From assembly GCF_001194135.2 (NCBI RefSeq), contig NC_068987.1, forward strand, positions 32,151,050 to 32,215,049: a stretch of DNA of 64,000 nucleotides, read 5' to 3'. Of the stretch, positions 53,385 to 64,000 are shown in pieces (position 1 is the first letter of the stretch; every line of letters starts with the position of its first letter). The position numbers and the translations under genes were made by a program. The notes under the pieces were generated by a model, which searched no databases, was not told where the DNA came from, and saw only the letters and a list, made by a program, of their open reading frames with translations. This stretch comes from Octopus bimaculoides (lineage: Eukaryota).

Positions 53385-54008
53385 TTTCTACTATAGGCAT
53401 AAACCCCGGAATTTTGGGGGAGGGGGACTGGTATTTATTTTATCGATACCGAAAGGATGAAAGGCAAATTCGACTTCGGTGGAATTTGAACTCAGGCTAC
53501 TAAGATGGACGAAATGCTTCTAGTTATTTTGTCCAGCGTGCTAACGCTTCTACCAGCTCGCCGCTTTTGACATGATGATGATAATAACAACAACAACAAC
53601 AACAACAACAATAATAATAAGGATTATTATTATTACTTCAAATTTTTTTCACAAGGGGAGCTTGGGGGATGTGGGGAATAGTCGATTACATCGACACCAG
53701 TGTTCAACAGGTACCTATTTTATAGACCCCGAAAGGACGAAACGTAGAGTCGACCTCGGCGGAATTTGAACTCAGAACGTAGAGGCAGACGAAATGCCGC
53801 TAAGCATTTAGTCCGGCGTGCTAACGATTCTGCCAGCTCGCCGCCTTAATAATAATAATAATAATGATAATAATAATAATAATAATAATAATCTTTTCTA
53901 CTTTAGGCATAAGGCTCGAAATTTTTTGGGAGGGGGCCAGTCGATTAGATCGACCACAGTACGCAACTGGTACTTAATTTATCGACCTCGAAAGGATGAA
54001 AGGCAAAG
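53385..54008 (-). mobile_element. Train of three family B SINEs separated by (TTA)n/(TTG)n tails
   Basis: Copies at about 53385-53570, 53645-53845 and 53893-54008; the last is cut by the R4/Dong-like element. Confidence 0.85.
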
Positions 54009-55217
54009 GGAGTCCGTGGACTTTTACAACTGGAATTAACAATGAAAATCGCCACAATTGGCCTAGACACCTACCTGAAATACTCTGAGGACTGGATGTT
54101 AAAACTAGTCTCAAAACATGAAAACAAGAAAGCATCATACCCAGTAACAATACAAGCAAAGGAATATATAAGTAAATTCCAAATACAACAAACTCCAGAA
54201 TTAGACGTACTAGAAACAAACACAGAAAAAGCTAAGCGTATGAAAACCCGTGCTAAAATTGCTGCCTTAGATATTCTCAATTGCAAATACCCCCAAAGAG
54301 CTAATAATGCCGATGTTGACAAAGCCCTTACCCATCAATGGTTAATGGCTTCTGGCTTAAAATCAGAAACAGAAGATCAATGCCTACCTACAAGTAACTA
54401 CCAGGCCAACATAATAAAGAACGGCAGCTGCCCAACATGTCGTGTATGTCAACAACAAAATGAAACCATTGACCATGTTGTCTCTATGTGCAGTCTTCTT
54501 GCGCCTACAGAATATCTCAACAGGCATGTTAGAGCTGCACAATATATTCACTGGGTAATTTGAAAAAACCTAGACCTACCCCATGATAAAAACTGGTAGG
54601 AACACAAACCACCTCCATTGCTTGAAAATGATCACATCTCACTCCTCTGGAACTTCACCATTCAAACTGACAGAAAGATAGATGCAAGTAAGCCAGACAT
54701 TATGTTGAAAGACTTCAAACAAACATCATGCCTCATTAATATGACTGTCCCAATCGATATAAATGTAACTGTCAAGACCTACCAAAAACTGAGCAAGTAT
54801 AAAAATCTTGAAATAGAAATTGCCAAAATGTGGAACCTGAAGACCTGTTGTCATAGGTGCCCTAGGAATGATAGCAAAAGGGGCTGATTGCTACGTAGCT
54901 CAGATACTAGGAAACCTTAAAATGGCAGAAATTCAAAAGATAGTGCTCACGGGAACTACCCATATCCTGCATAAAATACTGTTTGTGTAATCTCAAATTT
55001 TAAAACAAACTCGTAGTTATCTTATATTTTCTTAAGCATTCTCTAGAACAATACTATGTGCAAAACCAAATATATGACACCCTAAGCATAACACCAACAT
55101 GAACTACTAACTTGTTGTTTCTGGAGTGAGAAACACTGGGTGAGACTTGGAACCAACTTGTACAAATACAAAGCAAAGTCAAGCATATAATAATAATAAT
55201 AATAATAACAATAATAA
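54009..55217 (+). mobile_element. Second 5'-truncated R4/Dong-like RLE retrotransposon
   Basis: GVRGLLQLE, WL..SGLKSETE, CRVC...ETIDHVVSMC, LLWNFTIQTDRKI..KPDI, KYKNLEIEIAKMW, VIGALG, IQKIVLTGT.HIL; ends in (TAA)n at about 55187-55217. Confidence 0.88.
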
Positions 55218-55487
55218 TGGTTTGAAATTTTGGGGTAGGATCTAGTTGGTTACACCGACACCAACTAGTGCGCAACTGTTACTTATTCCATCGACCCTCA
55301 AATGAAAAAACAAAGCTGACCTCCGTAGAATTTGAACTCAGAACACAAAGGCAGACGAAATGCCACTCAAAATTTTGTCCAGCGTACTAACAACTGTGCC
55401 AGCTACTCGAATTATTGTCGTAAACTATCTTTATTTAATCGCAAATAGTTGAATGTGATAGATTATCAGGTGAAGTCCAGGTATTTC

Positions 55488-56264
55488 CAGGGCCGGCTTA
55501 AGGTATCGGCAACTCGGGCAGTCGCCCAGGGCGCCGTGTGCTAGGGGGCGCCAAGGCGGGCGTGACAAAGACAAGGAAATTTCCACGACCGTCAGCTTGT
55601 ACACGCTGAAGTGCAGCTTGCCCGAGACGCCAGCAACCCTAGGGCCTAAAGAAATGTATGTGAAATACCGTATTTCACACCCATTTCTTTAGGCCCGAGG
55701 GTTGCTACAAATAAGTACTTTGTGAAACTAGTACATTGCAGTAAAAAGAGGAAACGGGATTCTGTTTAACGAACGTTTTGCTGCAATGCAATTACGATGT
55801 CAAATACTGTCAAGTATGTCGGCAGAAAAAAATGTTTTTGACCTCAATGTCATGTGACCTATAGACACTTCACAAAAATAAACTTATTTTTGATTGTGTT
55901 TTCCTACAATTACGTTGATAGTTTTTATAATCATAGCATATTTGGATGCAAATATTTGTTGGAATAGATTCATACTTAAGCAACGTATGATAGCTGAAGC
56001 ATACAGAGGGTCTGGGGGTGAAATAGTAAGATAGTTAACTGGATTGATAGTTAAACAAATAGATAGACAGATAGCTAGACGGATAAATAGATAGACAGCT
56101 TAAACAGACTGATAGATAGATAAATAGATAGAAAGTGAAAGAGATTGTGATTGCAGATGTATCCACACAATAAATTGTATTCAAAATTTTTAATGCAGTG
56201 AAATTGACAACATAATTTACGTTATGAATATCTTGAAATAGACGGAAGTAACACATAAAGCAAG
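55488..56264 (+). mobile_element. Probable hAT element left end, running into a gap
   Basis: CAGGGCCGGCTTAA terminus with GC-rich subterminal ggcgcc motifs; no right end seen. Confidence 0.5.
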
Positions 56265-57229
56265 NNNNNNNNNNNNNNNNNNNNNNNNNNNNNNNNNNNN
56301 NNNNNNNNNNNNNNNNNNNNNNNNNNNNNNNNNNNNNNNNNNNNNNNNNNNNNNNNNNNNNNNNNNNNNNNNNNNNNNNNNNNNNNNNNNNNNNNNNNNN
56401 NNNNNNNNNNNNNNNNNNNNNNNNNNNNNNNNNNNNNNNNNNNNNNNNNNNNNNNNNNNNNNNNNNNNNNNNNNNNNNNNNNNNNNNNNNNNNNNNNNNN
56501 NNNNNNNNNNNNNNNNNNNNNNNNNNNNNNNNNNNNNNNNNNNNNNNNNNNNNNNNNNNNNNNNNNNNNNNNNNNNNNNNNNNNNNNNNNNNNNNNNNNN
56601 NNNNNNNNNNNNNNNNNNNNNNNNNNNNNNNNNNNNNNNNNNNNNNNNNNNNNNNNNNNNNNNNNNNNNNNNNNNNNNNNNNNNNNNNNNNNNNNNNNNN
56701 NNNNNNNNNNNNNNNNNNNNNNNNNNNNNNNNNNNNNNNNNNNNNNNNNNNNNNNNNNNNNNNNNNNNNNNNNNNNNNNNNNNNNNNNNNNNNNNNNNNN
56801 NNNNNNNNNNNNNNNNNNNNNNNNAACTTGTTCATATATATTTAACAAAAATAAATACGTAGTTTGAATAATATAGGTAGATTTTTCAGTCAAGAATTAA
56901 AAAATCAACGACAGTTGTTTTTTTTATTAGAATCAGTTATAAAATGTCACTTTAAAAAAAATCAAGTTGAAAAAAAAATCAACGTTAATATAAAACAAAC
57001 GAAAAAATAGAGTTTAAGCAACGTTTCCTCCGAATGAAATTAAGAGTCAATATAAAAATATTGAGCAAAATCTTTTCTTCAAGTCCTGAAATTCGTCAGT
57101 CCCATCACTTAAGAAGAAGAAAAAAAACAAAAACAAAAAATAAAAACAATAATTAACATTTCTCAATTTTTTTAGATATAAATTTATTAAAATCAGAAAA
57201 AAATAATGATTTTAATGAGAAGGTTGTGT

Positions 57230-58900
57230 TTGTTTATTTTTGTACAATAAATCAAATCTTGGTTTAATATTTATTAATGACATTTCAGTGTTCTCAACAC
57301 TGGAACGATTTCTTTTTTGTTTTAATTTTAGTCAACACCGAAAATGTTGATTCGCACAAATATGTTGTGACGAATGGTAAAAGGGCTACAATTGCTAATT
57401 TGGATAGCATTGCAAATTCGGCACTATCACCATGCCAAAAAGCATTTAAGGTTTTTAAGGAAAATTTAAGCTTGTGAGTTGAATTACTTGGAAGTTTCGC
57501 TTATTTCTGATGAGCTTTTAATAGCTAATGGCAGGTGTTTTACTCGTTCTAATTCAACTGTGAACGGAATTTGGATTCAATCCATCCTATTGGTTTTTGT
57601 CTAATTCTGGAAGAAACTATTTTTGGAAATTACTTTCTGAACTTTCTAAATGCTCAGTTATTGTTTGATAAAATCAAAATTCAAAGCATTTTCAAAAACA
57701 AAATCTATTGTGTGTGAGAACATCTCTAATTCATTATTTTCTATTTTGTATTTCCTTATGTTCAGTTTTTTAAATGGAAGGTCGAATTTTAGATTTAAGA
57801 AGGAAAATATTTGTGTTCTGTCCTTGCAGGAGAATATAAAGTCCATTAAGCTTGTCAAAAAAAATCTGTCAAATAAAAGAATTTGCATAATCAATCTTCT
57901 TTGTGAAATAAATTAGCCAAACCTGAATTTTGTCCCCACAAGAATATTATGACTTAATTTTGAAATTTTAATTATCGTTTCAAAACTCGTCTATTTGAGA
58001 GCCATCGCACTTCTGTTCTCAATAAAAGTTTACTGAAATTGGAACCATTTCGTTATAGAGATTTGTGAAAAGGCAACTACTGAGTGCGCTACTGATAATA
58101 ATTTTAACTGCATTTAGATCTGCAGAAATTTTCTTCGACACTAACACCTCTCGGCAAAACATGCAATGAATGTAGTGAAAGGATTTTTACTTACAGATTT
58201 GACATTTGCTTGAAATTCTATTTTCCTTCCTGTCTTACTTTCTGAATCGTTAGAACATACTCCAGTGCATTAAGTCTTTGTGGGCACTGTTCTTATAACA
58301 ATACCTGACGTATTACAATAACTGTGTTGTGTTTGTGATGTCAGTAATTTCATTCATTTGAATTGCAAACTTACAGAGCTTTTAATTAGTCGTCGTTAAC
58401 TTTTGAAATACGACTTCAAACACTATTATTAGAGGAAATTATCTTATTTGGTCTGTATTTATTTTGTCTACCAATAGTATTATTCGATAGAGGAACTTTC
58501 CTTAATTAAACTCTACATTTTTTTCAAAGAACAATTTCTGTAATTTTAATCGCTGCTGGTAACACGAGTTCTTTACCGACGCTGTATATTTTTCTTTTAA
58601 TCATGCAATTAAATAAGCAGCTTCAAAAGATGCCCTTAAGTATTTCACTGTGTCTATCGTGTGAATATGATTCTCAAGAGATTGCTTCAGGTTACTGAAA
58701 AATTTCGACAACTTTTCAAAAAGTTTTATAGGCTTATGACTATAAGAGAAATATTTAGAATCAAAATATCATTCTAAATCCGTAATTTTCAAACTCTCAG
58801 TCGTCAAACAATCGTTAGAAATTAAGCAAACAAGTATATCTTCATTAAACCCATATTGCAAATAAGATTCATTATATTTTTTCTTTTTCGTGCGAAACTG
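57230..58900 (-). mobile_element. Second, older Buster-type hAT transposase remnant
   Basis: Frameshifted minus-strand peptides KYNESYLQYGF near 58860 and ALLPFVTTYLCESTFSVLTKIKTK near 57330-57400. Confidence 0.75.
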
Positions 58901-59399
58901 CGTCGTACTCAGAGGATTATTTACTGACAATTTTATGGTGTTCCTTATGGCGGCGAGCTGGCAGTATCGTTACCACGCCTGACAAAATGCTAAGCGACTT
59001 TACGTTCTGAGTTTGCCTTTCATCCTTTCGGAGTCAATAAAATAATCACCAGGTGAGTAGTGGAGTCGATGCAATCGACTTATCCTAGTCCCCGAAACTG
59101 CTGGCCTTGTGCTAAAATCTGAAACCAATTTCATAGCATTCCTTGAAATTTGTGGTATATCAGTTATGTTATTATAATTATTTTCTGTGGGTTTATACTT
59201 TAATAAACCCAACTACCCATTTAAGAGTAATTTTTAAAAAATGGAAATTACAGCGACAATCTTTGAGCAGGCCACGATGAAGCACTCACTCAGCACAGGA
59301 ACGAAACTTTTATCGGAATATAACACGTATGCATATGATACGTATGTAATACAAAACCACCGGGAGAAAAAAAATGGATAAAGAGGAGTAAAGAAATAA

Positions 59400-60153
59400 A
59401 AGAGAAAAAAAAAAAGAAAAAACATCAAATCAACACTAACTGCCTCAATTGGTCGCACACCACAAGGCTCAACGGAACCCATTGAAGCAAGCCAACACGC
59501 TCGCGGCATTACGACAGGTGATGGCGAGGCTAAGGCGTTGGAACAGCCAAGCACGCTCACGGGCAAAACCTGATACCATGGGAAAGCGAGCCGTCAACGA
59601 TGACTAGAACTTCAGCGTTAGCGGCCCAGGATTTCCAAACATCTCAAACGGCACAAGCTGGAAGAAAAAGTTCATTAACAGGACCCGATACTTAAGGATT
59701 TTGTTCTGTTCGGCTGCGGAAGCAGTAACCCTTCTATGTACCGCCGCATCCAGGATGTGGGAGGGAGCAAAGCAGTCACAGACTGTGGCGTCCCAGATGA
59801 GACTCTCGCTCCTTATCCACAGACAAAGAGTAAGACCATCTGGTCTCTTCCCATCACTTTTGGATAAGCCCGCGGGCTCCAGAGCTGATGGGTTATTAGC
59901 CCGAGTCGGTGCCCTCTTCATGATTATGTTTAGCTCAGTGTGACGAGCGAAAGGACCAGCATTTAGGCGGAAAGATAAACAGTGAAAGACCTGTGGAGTC
60001 GTGGGGGCCTACTACAGCGACATTTCAGTCCCTCACAGATGTTGGCTCCCATTTTGAGTGCAATGGAAATGCGGAGCTCATCTAGACTGAGTAGACCACC
60101 AATGTTGGCCACAGGCAAGACCTCAACCTAGTTCCTGAAGAATTTTGCACTAA
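59400..60153 (-). mobile_element. CRE-like RLE non-LTR retrotransposon 3' end, running into a gap
   Basis: LEP.GLS.SDGKRPDGLTL..W.....LIWDAT..D.FAPSH, AAE..K..KY, QRLSLAI...NAASVL; stop at 59469-59471. Confidence 0.8.
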
Positions 60154-62400
60154 NNNNNNNNNNNNNNNNNNNNNNNNNNNNNNNNNNNNNNNNNNNNNNN
60201 NNNNNNNNNNNNNNNNNNNNNNNNNNNNNNNNNNNNNNNNNNNNNNNNNNNNNNNNNNNNNNNNNNNNNNNNNNNNNNNNNNNNNNNNNNNNNNNNNNNN
60301 NNNNNNNNNNNNNNNNNNNNNNNNNNNNNNNNNNNNNNNNNNNNNNNNNNNNNNNNNNNNNNNNNNNNNNNNNNNNNNNNNNNNNNNNNNNNNNNNNNNN
60401 NNNNNNNNNNNNNNNNNNNNNNNNNNNNNNNNNNNNNNNNNNNNNNNNNNNNNNNNNNNNNNNNNNNNNNNNNNNNNNNNNNNNNNNNNNNNNNNNNNNN
60501 NNNNNNNNNNNNNNNNNNNNNNNNNNNNNNNNNNNNNNNNNNNNNNNNNNNNNNNNNNNNNNNNNNNNNNNNNNNNNNNNNNNNNNNNNNNNNNNNNNNN
60601 NNNNNNNNNNNNNNNNNNNNNNNNNNNNNNNNNNNNNNNNNNNNNNNNNNNNNNNNNNNNNNNNNNNNNNNNNNNNNNNNNNNNNNNNNNNNNNNNNNNN
60701 NNNNNNNNNNNNNNNNNNNNNNNNNNNNNNNNNNNNNNNNNNNNNNNNNNNNNNNNNNNNNNNNNNNNNNNNNNNNNNNNNNNNNNNNNNNNNNNNNNNN
60801 NNNNNNNNNNNNNNNNNNNNNNNNNNNNNNNNNNNNNNNNNNNNNNNNNNNNNNNNNNNNNNNNNNNNNNNNNNNNNNNNNNNNNNNNNNNNNNNNNNNN
60901 NNNNNNNNNNNNNNNNNNNNNNNNNNNNNNNNNNNNNNNNAGTTTCATCTGAGTCCATGATGCAAAAACTTGAAATTAAATTTCATATTAAAAGAACTTG
61001 CGATAAAAATCGTCGAGTATGAAGGTAAATATTGTAAACAATGGTACTTTTCTATTATCTGAAATTATTTGGAAGGAAAGAGTCACTGCGACTGTTCCAC
61101 AACCACGTGAAATTTGAATTAAAACAGGAAACGATAATATATCTTTATTTTAATATGAAGGAATTTTTCGGCACGAATATTATTAAATTTTAAATAAGTG
61201 GATTTATTTCTAAATGTACGTCACAAAAGTTTTCATGCAGGGAAAAATTGTAATGATTAGCCAGAAAATTATGATTCCAAAAATTTTTTAATGGAACTTC
61301 TCAATTGTAGTCACGACTCCCACTTTAGGAAGACATGATTTACAATAATAGCTTACAATCAAATATTCAAACTTCTTGAAAGAGGCAGTGAACTGTTTAT
61401 TGTCTCCGTAGTTCACTCAGTTAGATCACGATCCTGGTTGTTGAGTATTCGGCTTTCGCTAGATGTTCACTTTTGCAGATGTAATTTTCTTGGGAATTAA
61501 TACATAGTTTTGACATGGTTAAAATCAATGTATAACTTTGGTGTTTTTGTAAAGCCAGAAACTGTGATCCTAGTACGTAGATTTTGAATGTTTTAAATTT
61601 AAAAAAGATCAAGTCAGACTTATTATCAAAATATAAATAGATAAATAGATAATAAAATAATGGATGACGAATATCAATAAGATAGATTCCAAGCTAGAAA
61701 TGAGGAACGGATTGTATATGTTTGATTTAAAGTGATCGTCATAATTCTAAAGAAATATTGATTTACGAAATTGGTAACGCATTGGGAAAAAATCTTGAGT
61801 TAGTTACATTTTTTTTTACATTCTCTGAAGTATGAAGTACAAGGTCCCTATGGTGGTCTTCATCATTACTTTAAGATCAATAAGATAAAATATCACGATG
61901 GAAATGGCTCGGTTTAATAGTCTATAACAATTCCCTACAGTTGAGATAAAATAAGATGTCATTATTCAACGTGAAACATAACCACTTTTTTTTTTTTGAG
62001 CACTGGGAGACTACTACTTGAAAATCAGTATTAAAATAGAGAACAAAAGGACAAATTCCCATTCAAAACATTAAAATACGCTGCAATAAAACAAACATTC
62101 AAATCACACCAACTTCTTGTATCTACGTTAGACAAAATTATATCTAAACATATTAGTTTCAAATTTTGGCAAATTAACTGCCCGCTCCTCACAAAATTTG
62201 GGCCTTGTCCCTAGAGTAGAAAAGAATATTAAAAGGTGGAGAGCTGGCAGAATCGTTAACACATTAGGTAATGCCTAGCATCATTACCTTTGGTTTCATG
62301 TTCTGAGTTTACATTCCGGCGAGGTCGACTTTGCCTTTTCATCCTTTCGGAGTTGATAAAATTAGTATTAGTCGAGCATTGTAGTCGATTGACCTCTTCC

Positions 62401-62821
62401 CATGGCCGGATTAAGACCCTAAGTACTTAAAAGATTTTGGTGCCCTCAGGTATATGTAAATGGTTCAAAATGTAAACGATAAAAAAACCATAAAATAAAT
62501 TTTTATTTTTCAAAATAAAACAAAATTCACAGTAAGATGGAAAATAATGTTTACTTTTGTATGCTTCCACTTTATTTATATTTCAAAAGTTTTCTCCTTC
62601 GTTTTCTTTTTAATTGCAAAGTATTCGATGATATCGTTAAAATGAATTTTACGTTAAATTTCTGCTTCTATACTTAGTAGAGATAAGGCATTACAAATAT
62701 TATTTTAGTAAGTTTAAAGTGATTTCTTTTGTGCCGTAAACCATTTTCATTTCTGTGGTGTTCTCGTCCCCTGATGCCCTAATCAGGTGCTTATTATGCT
62801 TAATGGGTTAACCCAGCGCTT
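62401..62821. mobile_element. hAT-type MITE nested in a family B SINE (62237-62870)
   Basis: Left TIR catggccggattaa, degenerate right TIR; 8-bp TSD cctcttcc (62393-62400) vs ccccttcc (62822-62829); the SINE sequence resumes after it. Confidence 0.7.
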
Positions 62822-64000
62822 CCCCTTCCCCCCAAATTTCAGGTCTTGTGCCTACTGTAGAAGGGGTTATTCAATATCTAAAGAATACGAATATCTTGCA
62901 ACATATGATCTATATATCAGTTACTCATGTAAAGCTCTTTTAATGTGACATTCAAACATCTGAGGAAGTATCTTGATTTGTCGATTCTGTAAAGCATTGG
63001 ACAAAACTCATCTTAGTTATATTTTAGCATTCTAATCCCGGATAAATGAGGTACAAATTCGGCATAATCGCCTTTGGTTCACAAAGTTTCGAGTCAATGA
63101 AATATAATACCAGTCAAATTCTGAGAGTCAATTAAATTTTCTATAATCACCTCAAATGTTGAATCAACGTTATATACCTTTATTCAATGTTGATCACAAA
63201 ATATTTTCCTTTTTTTAATTTGTACATAGAGTCCATCATACGAAAACTTGGTCAAATAATTTTAAAGCTCGCGTATTAAAAGGATGGGAATGTTTGAAAG
63301 ACAAAAACTCAACCAACATTAAAATCTTTTTTTCTTTATTATTTTTAAGATAAAGTATAGTAAAACTGTTAGAGTGCCGGAAAAAAAAAACCCTTATCGG
63401 TATTCAGAAGCTGGAAGGGACGAATCAATATACTGTAAGTCCTTAACCAGGCATTTTATTGTTTCTGGGATCCACTATCTCAATTCCGAAGTTGGACGAA
63501 TGTTTCTATCATGCATACACGATCTTTATTGCTATAGATTATTTTGCTGTTGCTGATTTCCTACCTTGGTTGATTAGAACTGGAATTCAAGTGTAATATT
63601 CTTGATTTCTTTTCCTTGTCAAAGTTTCACCTCGATGTGAACATGTCATCACACAGTGATAGCTGTTATATTTTGCTCAGACCAAGACATCACGTCAATT
63701 TTGAAAAGTGTAGGATTATTTACAGGTGCGAAAAGTATAAACCACTTTGGTTAATCGTTAATATACTTGTGGTTCTAAATGGGTATTGAAACCGGTTTGC
63801 ACATTTTAAGACGCTAGTAGCAGAACTTCCATCGAAAACTCTTTGTCTTCACGTATTGTATCTGGGTAATTTAGCTTGAAGGAAGTCATCCTTTTACAAG
63901 CTATATTGCCAAAGGATGAAACTGAACCCTGTACTACTAACTAAAGAATCACTCAGCAATATTACAATGTTGCTACTACCTACTGTGTTAATTGTTGCTA

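Overview
Repeat-dense, AT-rich animal genomic DNA with six assembly gaps. The microsatellite load and the tRNA-SINE types suggest a coleoid cephalopod such as Octopus; this is inference. The one gene I can name is the 3' end of U2AF2/U2AF65: three + strand exons (1422-1542, 2407-2510, 5379-5510) encoding the C-terminal UHM/RRM3. A second, unidentified + strand gene is suggested by two well-formed exon candidates (12752-12800, 26696-26789) and a CpG-depleted block at about 16-31 kb. There are two tRNA-Thr(AGT) genes and one decayed copy. The rest is transposon remnants: a DD37D (maT-type) Tc1/mariner, two Buster-type hATs (one with both ends and an 8-bp TSD), a Merlin/IS1016-like transposase, CR1, RTE, two R4/Dong-like and one CRE-like non-LTR elements, piggyBac- and hAT-type MITEs, and many modular tRNA-derived SINEs, some in head-to-tail trains. 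The most unusual element is a tRNA-headed repeat carrying a minimal, dimer-type hammerhead ribozyme fold (38.8-39.05 kb, minus strand). Most ORFs in the supplied track are artefacts of microsatellites, SINEs or N-gaps. All family assignments come from recognising motifs by eye, not from database searches.
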